Positions 22,801 to 35,688 of a stretch of 64,000 nucleotides of DNA are shown in pieces (within the stretch, counting starts at the first letter, position 1; each line of letters begins with the position of its first letter). The stretch comes from Oikopleura dioica (lineage: Eukaryota; Animalia; Chordata). Both the position numbers and the translations under genes were made by a program. The notes beneath the pieces are model-generated. The model did no database searches. It was not told the origin of the DNA and saw only the letters and a program-made list of their open reading frames with translations. Where the stretch lies: contig OU015567.1 in the NCBI GenBank assembly GCA_907165135.1, forward strand, positions 1,860,001 to 1,924,000, in the 5' to 3' direction.

Positions 22801-24857
22801 GTTGTATTCTGGAGCATAATAGAAACATTTATCAGACCTTTGTGTTGGGGAACTTTTCACGATCAATATTTGACATTTTGTTGAAAGCGAACAAAGAAAT
22901 TTAGACCGTTTTCAGATGACGACAACGGGAAAAGTTTGCACGCCGTCTTCTTTGAGTGGGATCTCTATTTGATGGGTTCCAATTGAAGATCCGAAGTGAA
23001 AGACGAAGAAACCCCTTTTAAAAATAAAATTATGGTTTTATAAAAGGGGATAAAATTTTTAAATAAATTGTTGAAAATTTCAATGCTAAATTGAGCTAAT
23101 TTAAGGGACTCTTTTCGGAGCAGAATAAGTCCCTTATTTGTAGGGGAAATCACTTATAATTCGACTTTTTTCTGGGCTTAATAGGGTGGGCATATAATAC
23201 AGATTTAGAAAGCCCAAGAGCTGGCGATCATTTTGACTATTGAAAGTGGGGGGTGATTTCGTACCCTGAGGGCGTTAAGGTACCCCTGAAGTCCCAAAAT
23301 CTGGCCAATTTCGGAAATGTGAATTTTCGGTTAGTTAGGGCTTCGAAAATTCACATTTCCGAAATTGGCCAGATTTAAGGACTCCCTCAGAGTACAAAAT
23401 CACCCCTACTTTCAATAGTCGAAATGATCGCCAGCTCTTGGGCTTTCTAAATCTGTATTATATGCCCACCCTACTAAGCCCAGAAAAAAGTCGAATAATT
23501 AGTGATTTCCCCTACATATTTGTAAGAAATTACTTCAAATAATGTTATTTTATACTCCGACTGTACTTACAGTGCATGATTTCCATTGGGAAAAAACTTG
23601 TAACGGGTACCACTTTCGTTTAAAATCATTAAATTTCCCTTTGCATCAACAAGGTAATGCTCCCCAGTGAGAAAAGTCGCACCGGTTGACTTTAAAGTTT
23701 TTCGCATTTGTTTAACTCGTATCTCCAAAAAGATGCTAAAACCGTTCGTGAGAGTAAAATTTGCAACTAGGAATAATCGGGGTGTTTGTCTCTTTTTCAT
23801 TAAAGTCGGTAAAAATAAGTGTAAAATTTTTTTGCTTCGAATTTTTGTTCTCCCAGCGGCCAGTTATCAATTCAAAATTATATTTCTCTTCTTTTTCGTG
23901 GCATTCTTGTTCATTCGTACTACGCTTTGATCTATTTTTCTCTTCTATTCGAGTATTTAAAATCGCTTTTTCAGCATTTTCTTGAATTTTCAACCACGGT
24001 GTCGCGGTCATTGAGGTCCAAAGAGTTGCCATTTCTGTTGTTGAAAAAGTACGGGGCTCTTCAGTCGTTGAAAGAAAACTGATTGTTTCTTCCTCTTCAA
24101 GGTTAAAGGTGGGAATCAATTTCTGCGGCGAGTTATTCTTTTCGCACTGATAATGAGGACAAGGACATCCTTTAGCACAGTATTGTTCAGTAGGGCAAAC
24201 AGCTCCGGCGGAATCAAATGATCGCGTGAGTTCGAAACAAATTGATTCACAGGGGGAAATCGGGTTGTTCCTTGTCGATTCGAGTACGAGGGTCTTTGAA
24301 CAAAGATGGCGGCAGATCTTTGTATCGTAAAACTTTTTCTTTTGGCAGCGAAGGAGATTTATTTTATTTTCTTCCTCAGTGAATTTTTCTGCTGGCTTTT
24401 TCTGTCGCTCAATCTGAGAAATTCGCACAGGGAGTTTGAATTGCTTAGTTTCGTAGCATTTCTTCATCAGATGGCCGCAGTAGTCCATGGTTTCTAGCCG
24501 AATACATTGTTTGTAGTTTCGATTGCAAGTAGAAGTCAGAAAAGTCGTGACGGCGCGAGATTTTTCAAGAGAGATGAAGTTTGCTAAAAAAATTATTTCG
24601 GTCATTTTTTAAAATTTACTTAGAAGCATGATCGCCACCCAAAAGAGACTCCCAAGCCCGACATAAGTCCATTTCTGCTTGTTTGTCGCGAATCCATGCT
24701 CAGACAAGCTCAGGTTTTCAGTGATTTTTTTCTTCAAAGAAGGCTTTTTCAAATCTTCCTCTTGAGTCAAGATACTGCGGGTAGTCAAAATTTCTTCGGG
24801 GAATAAGTAAACTTTTCTTCCCTTTTTTCTCAAAGTTCCAACACATTGACAGTCCAA
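19811..24857 (-). CDS. Large multi-exon TM + Cys-rich + kelch-like repeat protein (paralog of the split host gene), interrupted by MITEs
   Basis: HGFATNKQKWTYVGLGSLFWVAIM matches HGFGTWRQKKNYVVYGSIFWIIVM of the 414 ORF. CPTEQYCAKGCPCPHYQC. C-terminal kelch-like blades (QLHIFGG, GLYNNQPTVVGG, MLTVGG). Stop at 19811-19813. Confidence 0.75.
20431..20997. mobile_element. MITE with CTGGGCTCGGCAA TIRs hosting a nested TTAA MITE
   Basis: 13-bp TIR of the same family as 22273-22422. No TSD recognisable. Confidence 0.65.
20483..20829. mobile_element. Kolobok-type MITE (TTAA TSD, GG...CC ends)
   Basis: TTAA|GGACCCCC...CGTCAGCT and AGCTGACGGGGGTCC|TTAA. Confidence 0.85.
22273..22422. mobile_element. 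150-bp hAT-type MITE inserted in coding sequence
   Basis: TIR CT(C/G)GGCTCGGCAACC. 8-bp TSD TCTGTCAA at 22265-22272 and 22423-22430. Confidence 0.9.
23139..23516. mobile_element. Fold-back MITE (near-perfect 378-bp palindrome) in an intron
   Basis: TGTAGGGGAAATCACT...AGTGATTTCCCCTACA with arms pairing almost to the centre. TATT on both flanks. Confidence 0.9.
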
Positions 24858-24965
24858 GCACTAGTTGAAGATCAATTGAAGGTCAAAATCTCTCAGTTAC
24901 CTCAATTCTTTTTTGAAAGATTAAAACGGCTTGTTTTTCTTTTTTTCTTCCAGCTTTCATTTCAA

Positions 24966-25660
24966 GTTGTTATTTCTAAGAATGAAAAATACTCCAGGGG
25001 AAGAGATGATTCTCTGTGAACTTGCGCCCTGCTCCTTGCGTGTGATAAAAAACTGTCAGTCTAATTCCGACTTGAAATACCGTCTGTCTTCTCTGCCATT
25101 TCGTTGTGCGAACTTGGTTAACCTTTCACCTCAGATCGAACTCGATACACTTTCTGGAGTGTTCGGAGAGATAGCTTCGGTAAAATTTGTTAAATTTATT
25201 CAAAAAGATCAGGACGAATCTGCTGCAAGAATTTTTTAAACTCAAAGAATTCTTCGGACGTCATTTTTGGCTGTCGGGAGTCTTCGTTGTCTTTCAGTTC
25301 ATTTTGGTTGCCGAAAATAAACCAGGCAAAAAAGCAGAATTCCTTGAAATCCATCATCCCTTCTTCGTTCTCATCAACCCTCGCGAGCAACTCTTCTGCT
25401 TGATCTCCAAGCTCTTCAAATGATGAATTAATTACTGCCGTTTTTAACCGATTTTGCTCACCTTTCTTCAAAAATCCGAAAAATTTTGCTCTTGAAACCT
25501 TGCCCTCTTCATCGGCAATACTATTGAATGCATCCAGAAAAAGAGGAATTCCAGCAAGAAGAGGGTGCTCCATTTTTCTCTTTGGTTAGTACGAGTCCTC
25601 AAATGACTCTTCTTAGGCGACAATGCTTGGCTTAATTGTAAAATCGTTTCCGGTAGCATT
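24966..25660 (-). CDS. EF-hand calcium-binding protein (upstream exons may lie near 27000-27330)
   Basis: IADEEGKVSRAKF and VDENEEGMMDFKEF EF-loop-like motifs in ORF 25196-25573. Confidence 0.6.
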
Positions 25661-26056
25661 GAATTCAGAAGTCGTTTTCGTGAAAAATGTAAACTAAGCC
25701 CTCTTCAATTGGATTTCAATTAAAGAAAAAAGGATGATTCTGCGGTTAGATAATTTCAAATTCGCCCCCCTCTCGTTGCAAATCCAAACAAGCTCCGTTT
25801 TTTTCTCATGTTGATCTGCCATCCCGCGTTTACAAACAAATGACCAGGGCATAAATATTTTCCGATGAGGCTCGAGTTTTCAACGTGGTGGCGTCCATAA
25901 CAATAAATTATCATTTATGAAAACAAATTTCTATTGTTGATTTTTTTTATTTGGTGAACTTGTTTCAATGGCAGTTTTTTGTTAAAATGACATGTTGTGA
26001 CGCATCAGATCCAAATACTGAATAGAGTCAAAGTTAAATTGAAAAAAAATATTTAA

Positions 26057-26841
26057 GGATATAGCCTTGAATATTGAACTTTCGTAGCGCCGAATCCCTG
26101 TTACGAATTCATTCATTTTTCAAATTAACCCTACCTAAAATTTATCGTAGATTTCGAAAATGACCTTATTTTTAGTACTTTCTATGGTGTTTGTACCTAA
26201 AAATCGCCTTTAAAATAAAACAGACCGTCGTTCTCTGAAAATTTCCATTAATAAGGTAAATTTGGATTGATGATATGAAAGATTGAAGCCTTATCTCCAA
26301 TCTAGCGGTGGATTTTGTAAAAATATTGAAGATTATGGCTTCTACTAACTGGTTTATGATTGTACTTCGAAATGGAGAGTGGCGCGCGCTGCCAATCAGA
26401 GCGAGGGGAGAATCTCAGTTAGATTTCGTCCAAGCTGTCGACAAAATTTCTCGCGTAAAATAGGATGAGCGATGGCTGAGTGAGATTTTCCCCTCGCTCT
26501 CATTGGCTGCGCGCGCCACTCTCCTTTTCGAAGTACAATCAAAAACCAGTTCCTAGAAGCCGTAATCTTCAATATTTTTACAAAATCCACCGCTAGATTG
26601 GAGATAAGGCTTCAATCTTTCATATCATCAATCCAAATTTACCTTATTAATGGAAATTTTCAGAGAACGACGGTCTGTTTTATTTTAAAGGCGATTTTTA
26701 GGTACAAACACCATAGAAAGTACTAAAAATAAGGTCATTTTCGAAATCTACGCTGCATTTTAGGTAGGGTTTCTTTGAAAAATGAATAAATTCGTAACAG
26801 GGATTCGGCGCTACGAAAGTTCAATATTCAAGGCTATATCC
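26057..26841. mobile_element. Kolobok-type MITE with very long (~350 bp) TIRs
   Basis: TTAA|GGATATAGCCTTGAATATTGAACTTTCGTAGCGCC...GGCTATATCC|TTAA. Related to 50973-51706. Confidence 0.92.
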
Positions 26842-27543
26842 TTAATAAAATTTTTAAATTAAAACAAAAATTAAAAAACAAAATTTCAAGTTCGAAAATA
26901 GTTTTCGCAAAATTTTTGTTTTTAAATTTCAAAATTCCGGTGACTTTGACAATCAATTTTCACAAAATTCAATTTAAAAATTTTTCAGGACTCTTTCCTC
27001 GCCAAGATCAAGGTCTAAGCCATTTAAACTCGCCGAAAAAACTCCGTCGTCTTGATATTCTTCCGGTTGAACTGACCTTGTCTGTACCAATTGCTGATTG
27101 TACCATTGTTGAAGCTTTTTTGGCTCTTTTAAGTTAGAAAATCATAATTGTTTAAAAGAAATTCGAGCCGTACCCAAGGGGCTGCGGTGCAAACACTGAT
27201 CAAATAGGAAAATCTCATCTTTTAAAAAATCTTGTCACACTTTTTCTCTTCTTCTAATTTCTAAATCATTGGTGCTTACTTTATATGCAGCCGCTGGAAT
27301 ACCAAATAAGCTTCTTATTATATATTTATCCATGGCGCTGGTAGGGATTTGCCTTGACGTGCACTCTCGTTTTTTAATTATAAGGGTTTATTTCCTGATA
27401 ACCGGACTTATCAGGGCTCGATTGGTTTAAAAAAAATGAAAATGAAAATCAAGGATTTTCAGTCCTGGAGTGACTTGGAACAAGAATTTCAATAAATTAT
27501 TATGTATTATAATTTATATTCAATATCGTACAATTGATTGCGG

Positions 27544-27730
27544 CCGGCACCGACCAATCCGACCTGATCGGGTGGCCGGTCGGTCTTGTTTCGGATAAAA
27601 GGAAGCAAAAAATGACCTACCGACCAACCACCGACCGACCAAAGACTGACCGACCCGACCACGAATCAGATGAACTCTTGAGTCACCTGACCGACTCCGA
27701 CCTTGGAAAAGGGAGGTCGGTGCCGACCCT
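27544..27730. repeat. CCGAC-rich degraded MITE
   Basis: CGGCACCGACC...GGTCGGTGCCG inverted pair with many CCGAC(C) units. The left terminus is incomplete. Confidence 0.55.
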
Positions 27731-28178
27731 AGGGAAAAGCCTCTTTAGCAGTTACCTCCATCTCTATCCCGGATTTTTCGTCTGAGAAGCAGATGACGGG
27801 TGGAAGTTTAAATGACCTGTACCCTGGTATTATACAGGCTGCATGCCAGAAATCCCCATTTTCGTCTTATTACTCCAGCGAAGAGATAAGTCAGAAAGGA
27901 GAAGATATAAGAAGAACTGATTAGATAAATCTTGACCCCTCTACAACTAAAAGGTTTTTATGCCTTTTTTGGAACAGGGAATAACCCTTGAAAAGTCGGT
28001 TTCAATGTGTTGTTTATCGAAAATCCAAACAGTCGACCACCATGGCGCGCTGGAAGCCACGCTCCTCATAAAGCTTCGACCGACGGTTTCTACTCATTAC
28101 GGCTATTCCGATAAGGAATCCGAAAGCAATCACTTTTTTTCCTTTTTTATATTTCGAGGTTGATAAATTTCTGAAAAA

Positions 28179-29693
28179 ATGAAACTTTTCGCCGCTACAG
28201 TCGCCGCCGCCGTGGCACAGGGATTCAAAAGATCGAGCCAGCAGATTGAGGAGACTTTTGTCATCGTCCCAGAAGGGTAAGATCAAGAGATATCAAAATA
28301 CTTCCAGAGAGCAAAAAATACCTTGCCAGAGATTGAAGTAGATCTTGAACTTTCCTCGTTTTTTATTGAAAGCTATAAGAAGTGATGTCCTTGACAAACT
28401 TTTATTCGAAAATTCTAGATATGGAGGAAGCTTCGAAGGATTCAACGCCACTCAAGTCGTCCTCGAAAACGCCGAAGACGATCTCTTCCGAGAATTCGAA
28501 GACGAGTTTTACGCCGTCGATATTGATCAAATGAGCCGATCTCAATTTACAGAGGAAGAAAAGAAAATGATCCGAAAGTTCAAGGTACTTTTTTCTTTCC
28601 TTCTTTCCCTAATCGAGGAATTTTAGCTCATCAAAAACATGATTGTCTACCTCCAGCAGATCAAGCTCTTCGGAAAGTTCTGCTTCTACGGCTGCTACTG
28701 TTTCGCCAAGGGCCCAAGAAATCTCCTTGTCCCAGGAGGAAACACTGCTCCCATGGACGGTGCTGATTCGGCTTGCAAACGACATCTTGTAAGTTCATAC
28801 AGTCATAGAAAATTGAGAATAACGAAGGCTGACATGAGCCGAATCTCAATAGAATGAGAAACATGCCAACATGATTTTCATCAAAACAAAACATAAGTTA
28901 CATGAACTCGATAGAGCTACTCAAATCAACTGACTGTAATTGAAACCTGTATTGAAGAAAACTTTCTTTTTGTTTTAAAGAAAGAGCTTTCTATTCTATG
29001 ATTTATTTCAAAAACAGCTTGAAAAGGGAAAACTTAGATGTCTTTTTTCTTTAAATTTGCTTACGGGGGAAAAATAATGATCACTTATTCAAAACCTAGC
29101 AATGCAACGAGTGCTCGAAATTGGACTTCGGCGAGACCTGCTCCGCAACTGATCCTTACAACTTCATCGCTAAGCAAGATGAAGTCACTGGAATCGCATG
29201 GATCCAGGTAATTCAATCTTCCTTCTTTCAAACATCGTAACTTTCAAAATCCAGTGCGTTGATGAAGAAGGCTCCTGTGCCCGAGCTCTTTGCGAGTGCG
29301 ACAAAGCTCTTGCCTACGATCTCTCCGATGCCGAACGCGAGTGGAACATTCTCCATCACGCCAAGTGGGGTAACTTCGATCTCGAGATGAACTGCGTTCG
29401 AGTCGGAGGTGGTGGAGCTGACAGAGGCGAACGATTCAACGAGCCTTCTGCCATGGAATGCTGCGGAAAATACCCAAGGTAAAAAAGACTTCTGATTGGT
29501 TTCAAGCCCCCATATGACCTCATTCAAAACCGCTCATTTCAGACGATACCCATTCCGCGCTGACGACGGCTACGGAAACATCAAGCAGTGCTGCGTCTCC
29601 GACACCGGCTACGGCAAGAGCTACAACCCAATGCGACTCGAATGCTGCGCCCGCGACGGCAGCTTGAAGGGCATCGGCTCCTGCGACGAATAA
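28179..29693 (+). CDS. Secreted phospholipase A2-like protein (probably non-catalytic)
   Basis: Signal peptide, YGCYC Ca-loop motif, DSACKRHL|QCNEC helix, CARALCECDKALA and a Cys-rich C-terminus. GT-AG introns. Confidence 0.85.
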
Positions 29694-30462
29694 AAAGGGT
29701 TAGAAAAATCCATTTTTTATTCAAAAAGATCTGAACTATCCTGTACAGCCCGTGTTATCACGGATCATCATTCATTGTCTAATTATCGCTTTTGTAATAA
29801 AAGATTCACTTCTACTTGAACTACTTGTCTTCTCGATAACTACCTGGTCGACTAAAAAAGCAATTTAATAATTTGCTTTGGTAATGAGTCATTAATAATG
29901 ACCTTTTTGCTTTTGGGCGAAGAAATGAGTAAAAAGAAATTTAATTATTTATGATCTACTTTCTTCGTAGATAATTTCCAGTTCACCAACTCCAGCAGCA
30001 TGTACCGAACTCGTGCAGATGCGTCACAAATAATAGGCCATCAAACATACAATTGTATAGTAGGGACAAAAGAATAATGTTCCTTACAGAACGAACATCC
30101 TTATGATGATAACATGATCACTGATTCACTGAGTAATTTCAGCGTGTTTGTCGCTGTTCGTGATATATTGAACCTCTTTTAAGTTTCTTTGATGTCTATT
30201 CTAATTTAAAATCGATCTTCAAACATGAATCAAACTAACCCTAACCCTAACCCTAAGGCTAGAAAAAATCCCCCTCTCTACGAAAATATATACGCCCTAT
30301 CTTAGGCGTACAATTTCCTTCGTTTTGCTCAACCCCTATTTTACAAAACTTATTAAGAAACATCATTGAAAAGAACATTATGTATTTTATTGAAAAGTTT
30401 TTGTTAGCAGAAAACATCATAAGCGTTAATCGAAATCAAACTCAAGCTGCTACAGCTTATCT

Positions 30463-31374
30463 TTATTCGTCTCCTCTGTAATTCATGCTGAGTCCAAGCC
30501 AGAAAGCCAAGAAGCCACTGATTGAAGCCAAAACATCCATGGCGATGAGCATGTCGACGTGCTTACTCGGCCAGCCAGTTGTGGCACCGTTCATGAGCAT
30601 AAACGACATCACTCCAACATGCGAGAAGCAGAAAGCAATCAGCTGGAGAGGACGGACAGTCGACCAGAATCGCCGGCACTGGCTGGGTCGAAATTCAAGC
30701 GGCATCCAAAAACCGGAAGTGCCAAAAGTGGCGATGGCCCCAGTCAGCTCCCAGGTCCAAGTTTTTCCGTTGCCGTTGTCTGAAAAGACGGCGGATTATT
30801 TTTCCTTTTCAAAACTAAGTTGCGAACAATGATGATTGTTTTGAGGATTCTCTTCAGAAACGTATCAAAAATGCTGAGAAAGGCAAATTGCCTATCATCA
30901 AAGGTCTGACAGAGTACGCACTCTTAGCAACGCTTCTTTTGTGTATTTTTTATCAATAAAAATGTCGGTTTGCAAAGATAATAGCTTCAAAGTTCAAATT
31001 TTGAACTCTTGAGCATGATATCGATGGAAATCTGTCTACCCGCCGATTTCAAACAAAATTTTTTTTCTACGATTTGCATTTTTCGATGACTAATTTTCGT
31101 TATATTCCACTAGAACTCCTAGTGAAAGCCGAGAAGCCGCTTGCGGCTTCAAACAAAATATAAGTAAAAAGACAGGCTTTACGCAGTTTTAGTTTCTTCG
31201 ATCTCCAAGCTCTTTGAATATTCAAATTTATGAATATTTATCTACTGTTGTGAACTTACCGAAAGTGTAGTGATTCGCAAAAGCAAGCGCGAACACGACC
31301 GCATTGAGGACAGAAATCGCGATGGCGAGCGTGAACTCAAGTTGACGGCAGCCAAAGAATTTCGAAGTGGCCAT
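30463..31374 (-). CDS. Small multi-pass (about 4 TM) membrane protein
   Basis: Exon 1 MATSKFFGCRQLEFTLAIAISVLNAVVFALAFANHYTF, GT donor, then exon 2 with further hydrophobic helices to the stop at 30463. Confidence 0.65.
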
Positions 31375-31708
31375 TTTTGATGAGCTCTCTTTTCGAAATG
31401 AGCGTCGCTCTAAAAAAACGCTGCTTTTATCGTCTGATCTAACAAAGAGTGGGACGCCTAGTCAGCGAGGGCGGGCTTAAATTACGCGCGTTACGCTCGA
31501 AATCGTAAAGAAATTTCTTTAATGGTTGGCAACTACCAGCCGTGAATAGGTCGACTTCTTAGGAATGCGGTTTTATACTACCGATTAATTCACTTTGAAT
31601 TATCAAATAATTTCTTTGTAAGTTCGGTTATTTTCGATTGACCTAATTGTTTGACCGTGAAAACTGTCAAAATTTTATCATGAACACTCATTATTTTCGA
31701 AAAATCTG

Positions 31709-31824
31709 TGTCAGAAGTGGGATTCGAACCCACGCCTCCAATCGGAGACCAGAACACTCGGTACGCTGTTACAGCGCAAGCACAGGCTTGAGTCTGGCGC
31801 CTTAGACCACTCGGCCATCCTGAC
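31709..31824 (-). tRNA. tRNA-Leu(CAA) with a 32-nt intron (31755-31786)
   Basis: GTCAGGATGGCCGAGTGGTCTAAGGCGCCAGACTCAAG-[intron]-TTCTGGTCTCCGATTGGAGGCGTGGGTTCGAATCCCACTTCTGACA. Long variable arm and a downstream T-run. Confidence 0.95.
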
Positions 31825-31930
31825 ACGGGAACACGCCCCCATTTTATCCGTCCGTATAGTTCAGAATCTCTGACCTCAGGTGACCTCAAGTGACCTGAAA
31901 ATTGACCCCTATCTTAGTACCTAAGATTAA

Positions 31931-32612
31931 GGGACCCCCGTTTTGGCCATCTTTGACTGGAAATTCAGCCGATTTGCGCGTATGAATTTCGGCGGACAAT
32001 AGCTCTTCGGAAAGCTTAGATGCTATCCGCTATTCTCTAGTACAGAGAAGTCTTTCGCTCAAGGTAAACCTACCACTAGGAGGGGGCAAAGTTCGAGAAT
32101 TTCGAAAAAACGCCATTTTAGGCCATCTTTGACTCGAAATTCAGCCGATTTGGGCTTAGATAGCCACCATCCTCGGCTAGATTTAGATAGACCGAAGCCT
32201 AATCTTCAATCTCTAGTACAGAAAAATAGTTTGGTCAAGTAAGTAAAAAATTTTCTTAAGAACAACCGATTGGGGCCATTTTTGGCGTTTTTTGGAGTTT
32301 AAATGCTCTCTAGCGCCAACATTTGGTTCAAAAGTCTAGTGCGGTTACAAAATTCTGAATCAGCACATTCTAAGCTTTCGATAGATCCCTCATATGTCTT
32401 ATTTCGATGTTATTGAAAAGTCGAAAAAATTACCAATTTTTACGCTAAGTATGAATTACATGCATTTTTGCAATTTTCGAAGGCTAAAATTTCAGGGATA
32501 GATGTTCGTAAATGGGTCATATAACACATCAAAATGATCCTCAGATCACGAGAAATCTAAATATGTCAGATATAACACCCTATGAAAGACCTGAAAAAAC
32601 AGGGGGGATCCC
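31931..32612. mobile_element. Kolobok-type MITE
   Basis: TTAA|GGGACCCCCGTTTT...AAAAACAGGGGGGATCCC|TTAA, with an internal direct repeat GGCCATCTTTGACT.GAAATTCAGCCGATTTG. Confidence 0.8.
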
Positions 32613-33187
32613 TTAAGCTACGCTATTTTGCAATTTTTCGAAATAATGTAATCATGGAGGAGAATTATAGATTTTAATTCTTTTGAAAAGAAGCCAAAAA
32701 AAAAACTATCAACTATCAATCATTTTCATTTTGACCAAAACAACTGATTAACGACATGCCATATTAAATTTAAAAGGGAATGAGTTATTTTAAAATTATT
32801 TTTCATATCAAAAGAAAGTTGAAATTGCAATTGTCAAGTTATTCAATCTTTATTAATTATTACTCAATCAAAAAATGATCACTAACTATAACAAAGAATT
32901 CGCGTTTACAACTTGTACTTGGTGTAAATATCGCTTGGCGGAGGAAAAGCTAATTCTGAAAACTCATCCCTCCCCGAAGGCAGTTTAAATCCCTCTCAGC
33001 GTTTTCTGCCTTCGCGGCCCTTCCTCCTATCCCCGCGTTTGCTTCAAATTTCTTATCACTTTCATAATTTTTCCGGACAAAGAATAGAAAAAAAATCATT
33101 TAAATTGCAAGTTGTAAAAATTGGTTTAACAACCTCGCCATTGTTTTCACGAGGAACCGGGATTAGCAAAAGAAAAAAGAGAAAAAT

Positions 33188-34229
33188 ATGAAGCTTTGGC
33201 ATATTATCTACGCCTGTGCCGTGGCAAGACGAGTTTCTAGAGGTATGAACAGTGATTTCACTTTCGTTTTTTTTTTTCAAATAAAACAATATCGTTTATT
33301 TTTGATTCCAATTTTCATATTTTTTTGCAACTTTTCTTGAAATTTTCGTGGATTTGAGAGTTTGATTGAACCTGCTCGCTCTCAAAAATTGTCACCATCG
33401 GAAGCCAAACGCTCTTTTTGCTCTTGAAAATTTCAAATTTTGTCAATTTTTAGGACCGCTTTTCTTTCTTTTGAATTTTTAAAACTCGCCCGAAAATTTC
33501 AGCTGTCATTCTTTTTTGTTTCAGAAGAGGGGGTTGAAGGAGAGCCAGCAGATATTCCCGACGATGATGTTGCTGAGGGAGTTCTTGACTCTGCTCTTAG
33601 TGATGAAGATAGCTACGATATGTCCGATTATTATGAAGAATACGAGGGCAGGTAAGACAGCATTTTTCAATAGAAATTGAAGCTGGAGAAATCACTTTGT
33701 AAAAATTTTTTTTCCAGTGGCACTTGGTTTGATACCTTCAAGGGTGTGGGAAGCAAATTCATGAACATCTTCGGAAATGACGATGTGGACGATTTCGAGT
33801 ACGAAGGATCCGCCATTGTTGAAGATTGGTAAGTCATTAGTACGATTGAATCGAGGGAAACATGTGTCTAGGTGGAATACGTTCAACAACGAAGATTACG
33901 ACAAAAGTCTTTACGAAGACGAGGAAGATGCTAAATACGAAAGGGTTACGGCTTACCCCTTCCCGCATTTGAACGAGCAAGGTCATGCGAATATGGCTGA
34001 TTACAGATACAGGGACACGCTTGATGAGTACTTTGATATCTTCGTCATTGTCCTTAGGTATTTTCTTCCAATGAAAAACATGTCTAATTTATATTCCAGC
34101 GGGTCGATTTTATTCCTCCTCGCGTGCGCGGGATATTCGAGAGTACGAAACGTCAAATATCTCAAAGAAAAATACGGCAACACTCAAGACGAAGGCGAAT
34201 CTGATGGTCTACTGACATCAAAGAATTAA
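33188..34229 (+). CDS. Asp/Glu/Tyr-rich type I membrane protein
   Basis: Signal peptide MKLWHIIYACAVA, acidic exons, split TM (IFVIVLS|GSILFLLACAGY), canonical introns. Confidence 0.7.
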
Positions 34230-34444
34230 TTTTTAAACAAACCCGTGGCAAATGCACAATCCGTTCACAATCACCTATAAAACAATAGTTTCCAATCATC
34301 AGTTCGCCTTACTTTTATAAAAAGCAAGGCTTGTAGTTTAAAATATTTTCTCTGCGCACTGTTATCCCGTATTTACTCATCTTCAAAAGTGTTATATAAG
34401 TCCTAAGTGCGTTTTTTGATGGATCGAAAATTCAGACTGAAAAA

Positions 34445-35179
34445 ATGAGCAAATTATCGAGTACTTGTCTTTTTGCTGCGGCTTCCGGAGCTGTTTTGGA
34501 GTTTAATCGGCAAATTGTAAGTCGACGATAATGATAAATTTGTATGGCTATTTGTCTAAGAATGTAAAGAAGATAATCTGCGTAGTTCAGTGAATAGAAA
34601 ATATTATTTTATATATTTTCAGTATTTTTCTAAATTTTATGGTTTTTCATTTTAGCCCCTTCAAAAAGAAATCATCCGAGATAACGGCAAAGACATCTAT
34701 CAAGACTACGAGTCAAAGGTAGAAGCAAATCTTTCTCTTCAAATGTCAAAAATAATTAAGGATGGCAACTACAAATATCACGCCGAGATGCACTTTTCGA
34801 GTGACAACAACAAGGACGGAGTCCCAGATGTCCAGTTGCCGCCATTTTCTTTTGGCAGCATGGATGAAGAGCTCAATTCTGTAAGTTTTGATGCGCGAAT
34901 TTTTCGTGATAAAAATTCAAGATGATGAAATCAGCGTTCAAAATCGACAGCGCTTTTGAAAAACTTCCCGAGCGCTTCGGCCTCAAAAGCTCCATAATCG
35001 GCGAAATGGAAAAAGAAATCGAGAAAATTGAAAAGAACATCATCCAACAAGTCGAATACGAATCCTCTGCAGACTACGAAGAAGAATCCTCTGCCGATTA
35101 TGAGTCCCCAGAGTCAAAGACTTATGATCTCCGCATCTCAAGTTCTCCAGCTTTTTGGAGCTTCTGGGGAAGAAAATAA
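34445..35179 (+). CDS. Secreted acidic protein, unknown function
   Basis: MSKLSSTCLFAAASG signal peptide, four exons with GT-AG introns, and a YESSADYEEESSADYES repeat. Confidence 0.7.
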
Positions 35180-35688
35180 GAATCGAAAACAAAAACTGTT
35201 CGTATTTAATTCATAAAAATCCAAAAAAAAAACATGATTTTTGACAAATCATTTTCGTTCCCAAGCCAAAAACAAGGCAAAACCCAACTTCAAAGTAAAA
35301 AAAATCGCTGTTAAAAGCAATCCTTATTCACTGTTACGCCCTTCTTATCCAATATCTGTTTCAACCTTTTTCAACTTTTAAAATATAAAATACCGACCAC
35401 TGTTTCTTTGACGCCAATAAAACACAAAAATTCAAACCCAGATAAGGTTTTATTGATTTTTACTTTTCCCTTTGATAAGTTTAACAGCTTTCTTAATGAT
35501 AATAATCGCCCAGTAGATAAAAAGAATGTCAAGAAAGAGGCAGGTTAGGCAAGATCCAATTTTCCAGAAAAACGGGATCTCATCATTACCAGCATTCAAA
35601 ATGACAGGGAGAAAAGTGATCCAATAATGGGGCATTGGGAAAATTCGACAGCAGAAAAATACAACAGCGAAGCTTGAAAGTATGTAAA

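Noticed and set aside
30235-30256. (CCCTAA)n telomere-like tract, also near 55816-55855 and 20761
   Set aside because: Only 2-4 units; too short to support a telomere or fusion-site claim.
31590-31889. 99-aa ORF
   Set aside because: It overlaps the tRNA-Leu gene.
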